Numbered from the stretch's first letter, positions 1 through 17,218 are shown. The stretch: DNA of 64,000 bases from Eledone cirrhosa (GCA_964016885.1 OZ024743.1:305722001-305786000); one strand, 5' to 3'. Notes: generated by a model from the letters alone, not told the origin. Translations and numbers: made by a program.

Positions 1-113
1 CATATACATACATATATATATACATATACATGTATATATACATACACATATATCTCTAGTGATTTCGAAGCAAATTCTCTTTCTCAGAAAGAGAATTTCT
101 AACAAAGGGAATT

Positions 114-148
<35 letters not shown>

Positions 149-280
149 GGAAAGTTATATTTAAATTGTTGTGTTACAACTAGTAAATATTTATAACTGA
201 TATAAAAGCACTCGACAAATATTTGGAGTATATTTACAATATTAAATAAATGGAAACTATATTTATAAAACCATATTTAT

Positions 281-340
281 TTCATTATATATATTTCAGG
301 GATAACATATTAACAATATGCTATGCCTTCCTCAGACAAA
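281..340 (-). ncRNA. Type I hammerhead ribozyme, family A
   Basis: Minus strand: tttgt-CTGAGGA-agg[catagcatattgttaatatgttatc]cct-GAAAT-atat-ATA-atgaa. Core boxes present and stems I-III pair. Confidence 0.7.
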
Positions 341-1693
341 ATACAATATAAATAGTTTTATAGATAAATAGATAAATAGATTCGACATACCGTAACAACA
401 TCTACTTGGGAAGGTTGATTTGGTTGTGACAAAATTGTACACAGAGAGAAAGAAAGAGAGAGAGAGAAAGAGAGAAAAAGATAGAAAAAAGGAAAGAAAG
501 ACAGAAAACGAAGAAAAAGAAAAAGAAGAAATGCATGGAACAAAATACAGAGATGGAAAGATAGATAAAGAGAAGAAACTTCATGTAAAGAAACAGAGAT
601 ATATATATATATATATAGAGAGAGAGAGGAAATAGAGATAGATACATATATAAAAACTGTTGAATAACGTATCAATGATACATTTATTTATTTATCTATT
701 TATTTAGCTCTAGTATTAATGTAAGGGAGATATATGGAGGGAAAACCAGCTGTTATATAGGGAGAGAAAAAAATATAGAGAGAGAAAAAAAAGAGAGAGA
801 GAAAATTCAAAAACATCCAGACACAGGCGAGGCGTACAAACCTCTGTTTTAATGTAGAGGTACTAGTATTTACAAAACCAGCCTCTGCATTGCAAATATC
901 AGTATTCCTGAATGAGATATGTATCCACAATGTGTGAAAATTAATGATCTTATGTTTAGTTTTTTTAAAAAATTCATATGTTTATGTGATAATTACAAAC
1001 ATCTATGTGAATGTACATGATCAATTCTGCAAACCCTAAGTTCACGGAAAGTGTTCTCAATGCGGTATAAAAATTTAAGTATACATATATGTGTATATAG
1101 AGTCAAAATTACTATTTCCGTCTCTACTCTACAAGATTATCTATCAAGCAAAGATAGAGCAGATTTCAACATACTAATAAAAATAAAAATATATCGGAAA
1201 CAAAACTAAACTAAAAATAACAATAATAATAATAAGTAATAATAAAATAGAAAACTAAGAAATATTACGAAAGAATATTACATATTAAAAATATTACATA
1301 TTAAAAATTTACATATTAAAAATATTAAAAAATAAAAATTAGGAAATACTACAGTAATAAAAATAAAATAAACCACAAAGATCAACCCTTCAAAATTAAT
1401 TGACAATATATTGCCAAGTTCATTATAAACATCAGAGTCGAAAAACAGATAAAGCCAAAAATTATCTATCAAATCGCAGCCCAATTTGGTCAACATGTGT
1501 TCTTATATTTAATATAGAAGTTTATCTAGTGTAACGTTTATTCGAAATATTTGGAGCATCAACTTTTAGGATAGCTTAATTTTCCATGAAGAATGTTTAA
1601 ATAAATAAAATAAAATAAAAATAAAAAGAGTAAAAAGAGAATCAAAGATTTATCGGCTAGTTTCCCATATAATTATAAATCAAACTAAATATA

Positions 1694-2409
1694 CTACATT
1701 TTAAATTTAAATTTATACTTAAACGTTGAGTTTAATCTATGTTTGCAACAACTGAATAAATTTGTCCGTAGATTAAGGGAATTTTTAGATTTTAGTATAA
1801 AGAATATCTCCTCTGCGCAGAGGTCACATGTCTCAGAGGATGAATTAAAAGGAATCCCTCTTGAGACTATATTCCAAGCCGTCGAATATCTAACGTTATC
1901 TAGCTTAAGTTGCCATAGTACGCCTGATAGTGCCGTTGAAGATTTTTTACTTGGATCTGTGAAAGAATTCTTGTGGTTATTATAGCGAAGTTTAAATTCC
2001 GTCGATGTGGAACCGACGTAGTTAAAAGAATTAGAGTCAGTATTAACATTACAATTGTATACTATATTTTTAACTAAGCAGTTGTTATTTAACGGACATT
2101 TAGATCTATCTCTACAGTTACATTTGTTAACTTGTATATTATTTATGCTGTTATCACTAGGTTTTAAGTTCCTATTATTTATTCTATTGATATTTTGTGC
2201 TAAATTTTTGGTGGATGAGTAGGTTAATTTAATTGTATGTCTATTGAAAATTGAGTGATATCTATGTGTTCTAGGGAAGCGATTATCAAGAGCTTTAAAA
2301 AATAGTTTAGCGATGTGGGTTTTAATGTTTAGTGAGAAAGGGGGGGCAAACCAAATGATGTTCCTAGTTCTATTTCTTTTTTGGCCTTTGGAATTATTGT
2401 AATGCTTTC
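1694..2409 (-). pseudogene. PLE C-terminal linker and GIY-YIG endonuclease
   Basis: RNIIWFAPPFS...CNCRDRSKCPLNNNCLVKNIVYNC...YVGST...FKLRYNNH...CDLCAEE...LNLRT...CKH. The upstream part of the listed ORF is only the 51-bp repeat. Confidence 0.85.
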
Positions 2410-3040
2410 TAGTCCTAGATACACTGTGTCTGTATATAAGACAGGACACATTAGATAATGTAGTCCTAGATATACTGTGTCTGTATATAAGACAGGACAC
2501 ATTAGATAATGTAGTCCTAGGTACACTGTGTCTGTATATAAGACAGGACACATTAGATAATGTAGTCCCAGATACACTGTGTCTGTATATAAGACAGGAC
2601 ACATTAGATAATGTAGTCCTAGATACACTGTGTCTGTATATAAGACAGGACACATTAGATAATGTAGTCCTAGATACACTGTGTCTGTATATAAGACAGG
2701 ACACATTAGATAATGTAGTCCTAGGTACACTGTGTCTGAATATAAGACAGGACACATTAGATAATGTAGTCCTAGATACACTGTGTCTGTATATATGACT
2801 GGACACATTAGATAATGTAGTCCTAGATACACTGTGTCTGAATATAAGACAGGACACATTAGATAATGTAGTCCCAGATACACTGTGTCTGTATATAAGA
2901 CAGGACACATTAGATAATGTAGTCCCAGATACACTCTGTCTGTATATAAGACAGGACACATTAGATAATGTAGTCCCAGATACACTGTGTCTGTATATGA
3001 CAGGACACATTAGATAATGTAGTCCTAGATACACTGTGTC
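2410..3040 (+). repeat. 51-bp minisatellite, about 12 copies
   Basis: Unit agtcctagatacactgtgtctgtatataagacaggacacattagataatgt, giving 17-aa periodicity in the ORF track. Confidence 0.95.
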
Positions 3041-3180
3041 TATAAAAGACAGGATGGTCACAGTTGGAACATCTTTGATCCTATCATAGATCTACTGGAT
3101 CAGGACTGACCTTGGGCTAAACAACAACAACACCGCCACCGCCGCCACCAACAACAACAACAACATCATCAACAACAATA
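3041..3180 (+). mobile_element. SINE-like 3' tail ending in (CAA)n
   Basis: gacaggatggtcac...gaccttgggctaaacaacaacaa follows the minisatellite. Resembles a common octopus SINE tail (recalled, not searched). Confidence 0.45.
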
Positions 3181-3285
3181 AGGGCGCACACATTAGGTAA
3201 TGTATTTGAAATGTCAATTAAGTTGAAATTTCAATTAATGTCGAATCTATTTATCTATTTATCTATAAAACTGTTTATATTGTAT

Positions 3286-3345
3286 TTTGTCTGAGGAAGG
3301 CATAGCATATTGTTAATATGTTATCCCTGAAATATATATAATGAA
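3286..3345 (+). ncRNA. Type I hammerhead ribozyme, family A (inverted copy)
   Basis: Reverse complement of 281-340. Confidence 0.7.
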
Positions 3346-3387
3346 ATAAATATGGTTTTATAAATATAGTTTCCATTTATTTAATAT

Positions 3388-3389
3388 TG

Positions 3390-3424
<35 letters not shown>

Positions 3425-3681
3425 ATATATGTATATATATATATGTGTGTGTATATATGTATATATATATATGTGTGTGTATATATGTATATATATATAT
3501 GTGTGTGTATATATGTATATATATATATGTGTGTATATATGTATATATATATATGTGTGTGTGTATATATGTATATATATGTGTGTATATATGTATATAT
3601 ATGTGTGTATATATGTATATGTATATATATGTGTGTATATATGTATATGTATATATATGTGTGTATATATGTATATATATA

Positions 3682-3754
<73 letters not shown>
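3388..3754. repeat. (TA)n/(TG)n microsatellite
   Basis: Seen directly. Confidence 0.95.
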
Positions 3755-3760
<6 letters not shown>

Positions 3761-3961
3761 AATAATATACAATTTGACATAGACGAATACTACTCTTCCA
3801 TCTCACCAAGCACTTGATGTAAGGCCCTTTCGTTTGCTAAGGCCAATTCCGACCTAACGGAGGACGAAATTAATATTATTCTCGAGGCTAGAAAAACCAT
3901 TATTAAGTTCGATAACTGCTACTGGGAACGTAAGGACAGACCCACAAATTTCGATATTACC

Positions 3962-5350
3962 ATGGGTTCCAACGACTCGGCGGAGGTCACGGATCTCGTG
4001 GGAATTTACATAGCCCACATATTACATAGTAAATTTAGTAATATACAGGGGGGGATATACAGAGATGACGGGCTCTTATTAGTTAATAACTTGAATAACC
4101 AAAATCTTGAAAGGCTACGGAAAAATATTAGAAAGTCTTTTAGTGAACTGGGTCTAAAAATAACATACGAATACAATCTTAGAGTAGTAAACTTTCTGGG
4201 CGTAACTCTTAATTTAAATACCGGACAGATACGACCCTTCCACAAGGTAAATGAGAACCTTACGTATATTAACTTTAACTCTAACCACCCACTCTCCATG
4301 ATCAAATCAGTTCCCCGGAGTATTTCTCTTAGAATCTCTCGCCTATCGTCTAACTCTGATATTTTTAGTGAACACGCTGAATACTACAATAATGCATTAA
4401 GGAATGCTGACCACCGGGATACAATAGAATACATTGATAGGAATTTCCATAACACACATAGCTCTACACGAAATCAAGGAATGCGTAACCGGGGGACTAA
4501 AATACAAGCACACACACACAGTACTACCAGACATACTAATAATAGAAGATCACCACCAAATAAATCACGTTGTAGAAAGTATATCTGGTACAATCCTATT
4601 TTTAATGCCTCAATTAGTACAAAACTATCTCTTTCATTCTTTAAGTTAATCAACAAACACTTCCCTAGTTCCCATAAATACAGCAAAATTCTGAACTCTA
4701 AAACTATTAGACTATCATACTCCACGGCACCAAACCTTGAAGCATACATAAAAAAACTTAACTTAAGGCAATTAAACAACTCTACAAAACAAAACATTTT
4801 AGTAACAGATGGGCAGAACGCAATATCTGCCTCCCAACCACTAAATGGGAGACGGGTATTACACAACCCACCTGTACCGCTATCACAACCTATCCATGGT
4901 ATACCCGCTACCCACAACAAAGAATGTAACTGCCATCTACCTGAAAGATGTCCATTGAAGAATGAATGCCTAAAGTCCAACATTGTTTACCAATGCACGG
5001 TTGAATCGAACGACCAGAAATGGTATTATATCGGATCTACCACCACATCGTTTAAATCTCGCTGGTACCGTCATCGATTCTCAATCAAACATCCGAATCA
5101 CCGTTTTGTGACCACGCTCGCCAACAAGACCTGGCAACTCCGTGAACACAACCAACAGTTCACCTTAAAATGGGATATACTTTCCAGAGCAAGTGCATAT
5201 CGGAGTGGATTGAAGTACTGCAGGTTATGTAACCTTGAGCTCTTTTACATATTAAAATCCAAAAACAAACTACTTAACGATAGAATTGAACGATCATTAT
5301 ACTGCAACCACAAACTAAAAGCTAAATTCTCTCACTATAAAATAACTTAA
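3962..5350 (+). CDS. PLE reverse transcriptase (C-terminal part) and GIY-YIG endonuclease, N-truncated
   Basis: MGSNDSAEVTDLVG, GGIYRDDGL, VNFLGVTLNL, SNHP, CNCHLPERCPLKNECL, IVYQC...YIGST, CRLC, CNH. Confidence 0.85.
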   Translation: MGSNDSAEVTDLVGIYIAHILHSKFSNIQGGIYRDDGLLLVNNLNNQNLERLRKNIRKSFSELGLKITYEYNLRVVNFLGVTLNLNTGQIRPFHKVNENLTYINFNSNHPLSMIKSVPRSISLRISRLSSNSDIFSEHAEYYNNALRNADHRDTIEYIDRNFHNTHSSTRNQGMRNRGTKIQAHTHSTTRHTNNRRSPPNKSRCRKYIWYNPIFNASISTKLSLSFFKLINKHFPSSHKYSKILNSKTIRLSYSTAPNLEAYIKKLNLRQLNNSTKQNILVTDGQNAISASQPLNGRRVLHNPPVPLSQPIHGIPATHNKECNCHLPERCPLKNECLKSNIVYQCTVESNDQKWYYIGSTTTSFKSRWYRHRFSIKHPNHRFVTTLANKTWQLREHNQQFTLKWDILSRASAYRSGLKYCRLCNLELFYILKSKNKLLNDRIERSLYCNHKLKAKFSHYKIT

Positions 5351-5845
5351 CATTCGAACTCGTAACTATAACACCGCTTTCTAGCTAACAACCTTCTCTT
5401 CCCTCCACACTACAAGACAATACACTGCTTATCACTATACATGGTAACTCAGTGCAATTCCTAGATTACTACTACAAACCCAAAGTTCACTCACCATACA
5501 AACTTTGTCTGTCCCCTCTCTACCTATCTCTCTCTACATCCATTACACTCTCTCTCTCTCACCTTTGGCCTACCACCCTCTCAACATCTATGAACCTGCC
5601 CTCTGGGGCAATAAATAATTCCGACCTTAACTATCAACGCATCTCTCCAAAAGTAACCAGTATAATAAAACCCCTACCATAACATTTTGATTAAGATATC
5701 TACAAGCCACTCTCTCCTACTTCTCCAACCCCTGCATATCTTTCTTTCTCTCTCCCTCTTCCCTACTTTTTTCTCTCTTCCTTTTCTACTCTATCTTCCC
5801 CAACAACCCCACTTAAGGGTATTTACATTGTACATTTTACCATTC

Positions 5846-5957
5846 TGCTCTGAGGAAACAGTGGTCACGGCATTGGATATTTGAGTTCTGCAAGTACTTG
5901 TGAATTTGCACGTAGCATAACTAGGCTGCAGTACCACCGTGGAAACACTTGTAAGTA
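5846..5957 (+). ncRNA. Type I hammerhead ribozyme with long stem II insertion
   Basis: tgct-CTGAGGA-aacagtggt...(about 70 nt)...accaccgtg-GAAAC-actt-GTA-agta. Confidence 0.6.
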
Positions 5958-6149
5958 CACGGAATAAATTACCTTTTTATGATGTCTACCTGTTATTATT
6001 CCTTCTTTATATACACTCCGGAATACTGAAGGATCAGGAACTAAGTTTCTTCAACAATTCTTCCATAACTCGTAGAGTAACCTCTTACCGTACGTCAACC
6101 ATATCCAGTGTAGTAATTAACCATTACTACATCTTGGATAATCCTATAC

Positions 6150-6185
<36 letters not shown>

Positions 6186-6687
6186 GAAGAGAGAAGAAAC
6201 ATTTAGATATAATTAGTAATAAAATGTATCATACCTAAACTGCTCCTAGATTCCTCGACTACGTAGTTTCGTGGCATAAACAAAAACAATACATCATAAA
6301 GATATAGAGTCCTTGCGAGGTCTGCCGACTTATCAAGAGGATACCTCGTTTTACTAGCTTCAAGAACGCGTCTACACGACGTGAGAAAGAATCCCAAAAG
6401 GCGGAGGGGGAGATAGTCACGCGATATAACGGTCGAGAAACAGAGCTAAGCCTCTTATAACCCCGAAGAAAATACCACGAAGGCGGAGGGGGTATTTATA
6501 TCGAAGCCGTAGAAGAGGTGGTGAAGGAGGCGAGAAGTATGAGTAATGGAAGCTTTCCACCAGTCACCACACTTCAAAGATTACTCGACCAGAGGGAGTT
6601 ATGAACAATATATTTAGAAACACACAGATACATGCGGACATGATAAAGAGTCATTTCTCAATCTTGGATAAAGAGTCATTTCTCAAT

Positions 6688-6915
6688 CTTGGCGCAAAAC
6701 CAATTTTTTATCTACATGACATCTACCGACCAATCAAAATTGTTTTGACCAAGAATTTTTGCTGGAGCCACTTTTTTAACATAAAAACAGTCTTGGCGCA
6801 AAATCAACTTTTTACATTCACATGACGTCTACGGACCAATCAAAATTGTTTTGACCACAAGCATTTTTGCAACACAAAAATAACGTTGGAGCCACTTTTT
6901 TAACATAAAAACAGG
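6688..6915 (+). repeat. Tandem duplication of about 100-120 bp
   Basis: cttggcgcaaaa...gaccaatcaaaattgttttgacc...ggagccacttttttaacataaaaacag occurs twice. Confidence 0.8.
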
Positions 6916-7169
6916 TAGAATTCCCAAAACTAATCAGATCAGAGCAAACAGCACGGACACTCTATCTCAAAATTATTTCTGAAAAGCATTTAGAAATGCG
7001 CAACCGGTAAAAACTTAAAAACTTAAAACCACAACTGAATACTAACCCATACAATCACTAATACTCTTTTATTCCTAATTAAACCATTTTTCAATTGTGA
7101 ACAATTTGTCAGCATTTTCTATTCCGTTTACCAATATATAATAACTTGTGTGTTACACCTCTATTCTTT

Positions 7170-7204
<35 letters not shown>

Positions 7205-7206
<2 letters not shown>

Positions 7207-8202
7207 TCTCTCTTGTCTACGATTTCACAGAACTTATGTTTACCGAATTCACGGACTAGACTCCTTCTTCCTCCCGTTTGACCTGTGCGGAATTCTTTCC
7301 TTGCTCACATTTCAACCAGGTTTGATGGTCTTTATTCTCTCTCGTTCACGATTTCACCGAACTTATATTCATGGAAATTTGGGACTTAACTCGTTCTTCC
7401 TCTCTTTTCGTTGCTTCACCATCTTTGTTTGTTTACACTCTCGCTGTTCCCTTTATTTACGTGTCCCAACGACTGTCTTTAGCCGTTGCTCGCACCAACC
7501 GGAGGTATATGGTCTTTAAAGCGAAGAAATACCGAGGATGGTTGGAAGATCACTGATGAAGGACCAACTTTATTCATATGTAACCCATTTGCAACCACGC
7601 AGCACGTTTATTCTCATATTTACACATATATTTTCCCCCGCTGTGATCCGTCTATTTCGTTCTTACTGCTTCCTCTTTCTCTGTATCTTTACCCTTTCTA
7701 ACAGTCACTCTGTCTGTTAGCCTCTTCCTCACCCTTCACTCACTCACTCTCTGTTACTACCTCACCTCCTCCTTCTTCCCGGTTGACCTATGCGTAATTA
7801 TTTTCTTTCGCACGCTTGGCCAGCCCGGTTCCCCTTTTTTCTCTCCTCGTCTACGATTTCACAGAACTTATGTTCACCGAATTCACTGACTAGACTCCTT
7901 CTTCCTCCCGTTTGACCTGTACGGAATTCCTTCCTTGCTCACATTTCAACCAGGTTTGATGGTCTTTATTCTCTCTCGTTCACGATTTCACCGAACTTAT
8001 ATTCATGGAAATTTGGGACTTGACTCGTTCTTCCTCACTTTTCGTTACTTCACCATCTTTGTTTGTTTACACTCTGTTCCCTTTATTTACGTGTCCCAAC
8101 GACTTTCTTTAGCCGTTGCTCGCATCAACCGGAGGTATATGGTCTTTAAAGCGAAGAAATACCGAGGATGGTTGGAAGATCACTGATGAAGGACCAACTT
8201 TA

Positions 8203-8207
<5 letters not shown>
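7205..8207 (+). repeat. Direct repeat of about 370 bp with period about 630 bp, flanked by (TA)n
   Basis: 7205-7580 matches 7840-8207, and the ORF track shows duplicated peptides. Confidence 0.85.
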
Positions 8208-8261
<54 letters not shown>

Positions 8262-8309
8262 TTTGCGAGGGTTTTGATATGAAATCGTGTGTCGAAACAA
8301 ATATTGTTA

Positions 8310-10539
8310 TACTTGTTATACAAATACGGTTATAACCCCCATAATCAATATATCTCCAGATGTATGTGACAGTACAGAGGACCTCCTCAGCAGAATCATT
8401 AAGTGCAACAAAAACAAAAACCTATCCACCTATCCAACTGCATAATAGGCAGTATGGACGTGGTATCACCATACCCATCCATTAACATTGATTTTGCTGT
8501 GGAAGAATGTGTGGAGATGATCAGTCAAAGTGAGGTGGAGTTCTGCGACGTCGACACAAACCAACTGGCCCTCCTATTTAGACTTATCTTGTCACTGACT
8601 ACCTAGTCAGCCATGACCTTAGCCGTTTCTCCCCCAGTAGACCCATAAGAGGTAGACCCCCCACCATAACCTCAATGGCAAAAAAGACTCCCATGGATCC
8701 CCCCCCCCCAAAAAAAAAATGATCAGGTAAGAAAAATGGTCGCACATGCAATAGCCGCTAGTATTAAAACTACCCTAAAGGGCCACATATTCAAATTCAA
8801 CGAGAAGATCTACACCCAAAATGAGGGAGCAGCCATTGGCGTCAGCATAGCTGATGAGGTTGCCAACCTTTTTATGGTATGGTGGGAAAGGAGACTCAAA
8901 GATCTCCTTGATGAGATCTCCATAGATCTCATCATGTACTCTCCTTATGTAGACGACATTAATATAGTAATAAGGACATCCCCACAAGAGAGTACTAACA
9001 AGTATGATTTAGAATGAAGCACAATGGAAAGCATCCAGCAGATAGCTAATTCCATACACCAGAGTATAACTGTAACTATCGACTACCCTTCCAAACACCC
9101 TAACAATAGACTACCTGAATTAGACACGAAACTCTGAATTAACACTATAGACGAGAGAGCCCAAATTCTCGACTCACACTACACTAAATCCATGGCCTCC
9201 AAATACCTGATACTCAAAAACTCAGCAATGTCCAGTAGTGCTAAGTTTAATATTCTGATCGCAGACTTGGTACGAGTGATGAAGAACGTGTCCCGCATGT
9301 GCGACCCAACAGAAATGGAAAGACACATCCAACACTTCATCAACCGGAAGCAGTTCTCTGGCTACAACCAAAGAGACAGAATCAGAGTATATGAAGGAGC
9401 CACGGAGAAGTATAAGACCCTCATAGAACTGGACATGAAAGGAATTTGCCCATTATACAGGAGCAAATCATGGAAGAGCTTAGATAGGACTAAACATAAG
9501 ATAGGGAAAGCCACCTCATGGTACGACAACCACAGGTACCAGAGTGTCATGTTCGTGGACGCTACCCCTGGAGGGAAATTAGCTAACCAGTGTAGAAAGA
9601 TCCTGAGAAAGACCCACTTAAAGATTAAGGTGGTAGAAAAGCCAGGAACCACAATAAAATCCCTGATCAGCAAGACATACCCTTTTAAGAAAACCCACTG
9701 TACTAATGATAAACTGTAAAACTAGAAACGTAGTCTATAGCATAAGATGTATAGAGGGTACTTGCAGAAACATGACAACATACATAGGCGAGACAGCTCG
9801 TGGCATAGGTGAAAGTAAAGACCAACACTGGGGGGAACTAAAGGTACGAAAAAAGGTTTCAGTACTATACGAACACGCCAGACAACAACACACCGATAAC
9901 ATTGACAACATAGAAATAAAATAATATTTAAACATAGAAATGAGCCAGCAGATAGGCATATCAGAGAGGCCATTGAAATAAAACGTAGAAGACCAAAGCT
10001 AAACAGAAAAAAATGAATGGAATAACAACAACACCCAAACAAACAATACTCACCTAAGAGGAATATAAATAAATAAATAAATATATACACAAGCACAATA
10101 ACAACAAACACATCTAAACACACACTAGTAAAATAAGATACAATAACCAAAACACAGTCACCCAAACGCGAACACACATCAAACACTATACACACACGCA
10201 AACGCATGCGGAGAGAAGACAAAAAATAAATAAGTAAATAAATAATTAAACAGATTAAATAAAGATGGCGTAGACATACAATACAACAGGAGGAAACATA
10301 ATAGCACCACTGACGATGTTGCAGATGTGCAAAGAAAGAATTTTGTTAGACTATATAGAGGATATGTGTTTGTGTCTATATTATATCTGTATTTATGACC
10401 ATTGGTCAGTCAATGGTAAACATTGAGTACCGAATATATTAACTGATATAAAAGATACAGAAGCGAAAACAACGAAACAGTGAGTGTGTTCTGTTATTAA
10501 TTCTGGCAATATTATTACAATATGACCCTCCCCAAGTAT

Positions 10540-10545
<6 letters not shown>
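8310..10545 (+). mobile_element. Decayed Penelope-like element of a second clade (RT, GIY-YIG, 3' pseudo-LTR)
   Basis: IIGSMDVVSPYPSI, QNEGAAIGVSIADEVANLFM, YVDDINIV, CKTRNVVYSIRC...YIGETAR. Multiple stops and frameshifts. Confidence 0.85.
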
Positions 10546-10574
<29 letters not shown>

Positions 10575-10651
10575 CATATATATATACATATACATACATA
10601 TATATATATATATATATACATGTATATATATATATATACATATATATATAC

Positions 10652-10700
<49 letters not shown>

Positions 10701-10767
10701 CATATACATACATATATATATATATATATATACACATGTATATATATATATATACATATATATATAC

Positions 10768-10822
<55 letters not shown>

Positions 10823-10904
10823 GTTATTCCGGGTTGAATCGGAGACAACCACAGTAAGTAAGGTACTCAATACATTGCAGAGTATAAAAGTTTTAATATA
10901 GATG

Positions 10905-10953
10905 AGATTCTACAGGACTAGAACTGTTTCATTCTTTAGAAATCATCAGGATC
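10905..10953 (-). ncRNA. Hammerhead-like motif inside a fold-back palindrome
   Basis: Minus strand: CTGATGA-tttc-taaa-gaat-GAAAC-ag...ct-GTA-gaatc. Stem I is weak or disrupted. Confidence 0.45.
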
Positions 10954-10997
10954 TAAAGAATGAAACAGTTCTAGTCCTGTAGAATATCATCTATATT

Positions 10998-13880
<2,883 letters not shown>

Positions 13881-14467
13881 TTAGCTAAACAGAAAGAATG
13901 AGTGGAACAACAACACCCAAACAAACAACACTGACCTTAGAGAAGTATAAATAAGTAAATAAAATTAAATAAAATAAGATAAATAAATACATACACAAGC
14001 ACATAAACACACACTAGTCACCCAGCAGACACAACACTATACACACTAGTCACACATCACACTATACACACACGCAAACGCATGCGCAAAGAAGACAAAA
14101 TAAAATAAGATAAACAAACAAGCAAATAAATAAATAAATATATAGACAGACTGAACAAAAAAAAAATGGCGTAGACATACACACAACAGAGGAACAATGA
14201 ATATAACACCACTGACGATGTTGCAGATGTGCAACGAAAGATTTATGTAAATTATGTAAACTATATATATGTGTTTGTGTCTATATTGTATCTGTATTAT
14301 TTTTGACCGCCGGTCAGTCAATGGCAACATTGAGGACCGAGTAAGTTAGATCGCAGATATATATATATAAAAGACAGCGAGAAGCGAAAACCAACCAAAC
14401 AGTGAGTGTGTTCTGTTATTAATTCTGGCAATATTACGCAAATATGACCCTCCCCAAATATAACAAC
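13881..14467 (+). mobile_element. Solo 3' end (pseudo-LTR) of the second-clade PLE
   Basis: Homologous to 9995-10545. Contains CTGACGA-tgttgca-gatg-tgcaac-GAAA. Confidence 0.85.
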
Positions 14468-15885
<1,418 letters not shown>

Positions 15886-15934
15886 GAATTGTTTCTAAAA
15901 AAATTCCAGCCAAACATTATTTACAATGACTACG

Positions 15935-16292
15935 GTGGATTGGCAGTACCGGTAGAGGGGCGTACGCCATGCTTTGCAGCATAGAGTTACGCCCCTTTAT
16001 GGTCTGAGTTCGAATCCCGCCGAGGTTAACTTTGCCTTTCATCCTTACGGGGTCGATATTATTATATTTTCATGGTAAAGGCTTTACCCTCGCATAATAT
16101 CGAATCTATGAGATTTTGAAAGTATTTATTTTGAGAACAATACCTTAACATCAGTTTGAGCGACTAGTTACAGCCAGTTTCAACAGAAAGAGGTAGAAAA
16201 ATTCTGGCCGGTTTGAACATTAAATGGTTAAAAAGTACCAGTAATGCACTGGGTAATTACTGGTCTTGTGCCAAAATTAGAAGCAATTATTT
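15935..16292 (+). mobile_element. tRNA-derived SINE, family 1, interrupted by about 175 bp
   Basis: B-box-like gagttcgaatccc, core gaggttaactttgcctttcatccttacggggtcgat, tail resumes at aaagtaccagtaatgcactggg. Confidence 0.75.
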
Positions 16293-16472
16293 ACAGTGAC
16301 TACCGCATACAGCATAATGCGGGTATGTACCTGATCGTAGTGGAATATGGCGCCTAGGGACAATTAAGACGTCGAAGTGATGCCAGCCGTTCAAGATTAC
16401 AGCCCCTTCCCCACCACAGTAGTAATGCTGATATATGGATAGATTTAATATGATTGTATAGATTGACAGATA

Positions 16473-16660
16473 TTGGATTGGCAGTATCAGTAGAGAGTCG
16501 GACGCCATGCTTTCCAGCATAGTTACGTCCCTTTACGGTCTGTGTTCAAATCCCGCCGAGGTTAACTTTGCCTTTCATCCTTACGGGGTCGATAAAATAA
16601 AGTACCAGTAATGTACTGGGTATTTTGCTGGCCTTGTGCCAAAAGTAGAAACAATTATTT
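16473..16660 (+). mobile_element. tRNA-derived SINE, family 1
   Basis: Full copy homologous to 49357-49540 and 61808-61985. Confidence 0.85.
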
Positions 16661-16798
16661 CTTTGTTACTTCAAAATTTATAAAAACACAATTCGTATTT
16701 TATCTGATGATAGCGTACCAACATTTTTGGTACCCTTCAAATATATATAGTAGAATAAATCTGGTTTTATAATATAGTTTCCATTTATTTAATATCAT

Positions 16799-16842
<44 letters not shown>

Positions 16843-16869
16843 CATATACATATTCATATATATATGTAT

Positions 16870-17218
16870 ATGGTGGCTGCCAACTCGTTTTCGAGTACGG
16901 CCACTACTTTATATCCATGTAGGAGAACTCCTACCAATGCACTGAACGAATGTGACTTTAGTCCAGCCAGCGACTTGAAAAACTCTGGTACAAACACTAC
17001 ACTTGTGACAATTACTGACACAGTGCTAGGCCCATGGTACCATGTGACGACAAGTGCAGAGAGATCTCCAGATATAAAGCAATGCCTGTGCCGTGAAGCT
17101 TTTATAGTGAGCAAAGGCACTGCACAAAGCCAGTCCCACTCTCTTAACCAAGATGATATTTACCAAAAAGAAGAACAAGTCAACATCATTGGATACCATC
17201 AGAGTTGCAGGTGTTATA
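16870..17218 (+). repeat. Dispersed repeat of about 350 bp, copy 1
   Basis: Close match to 25012-25360. Both copies follow TA-rich tracts. Confidence 0.85.

Larger units (their letters stand above)
148..3388 (-). mobile_element. 5'-truncated Penelope-like element (Naiad-like) with long 3' region and inverted partial pseudo-LTR
   Basis: GIY-YIG coding part at 1694-2409. The 3' region runs to (TA)n near 148. Segment 238-385 is repeated inverted at 3241-3388. Confidence 0.75.
3755..6152 (+). mobile_element. 5'-truncated Penelope-like element (Naiad-like) between (TA)n tracts
   Basis: Begins at RT motif [12 protein letters not shown] (followed by a stop), continues through ORF 3962-5350 and a 3' region with an HHR, and ends at (TA)n. 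Confidence 0.9.

Noticed and set aside
2410-3040. CRISPR-like array
   Set aside because: Contiguous tandem units with no unique spacers, in a eukaryotic context with no cas genes.
3812-3820. In-frame TGA in a Naiad-like PLE as possible selenocysteine
   Set aside because: It aligns with Leu (SISPILLNKAL in the 24.5-kb paralogue), not a conserved Cys. The Cys motifs checked in these PLEs use normal codons.
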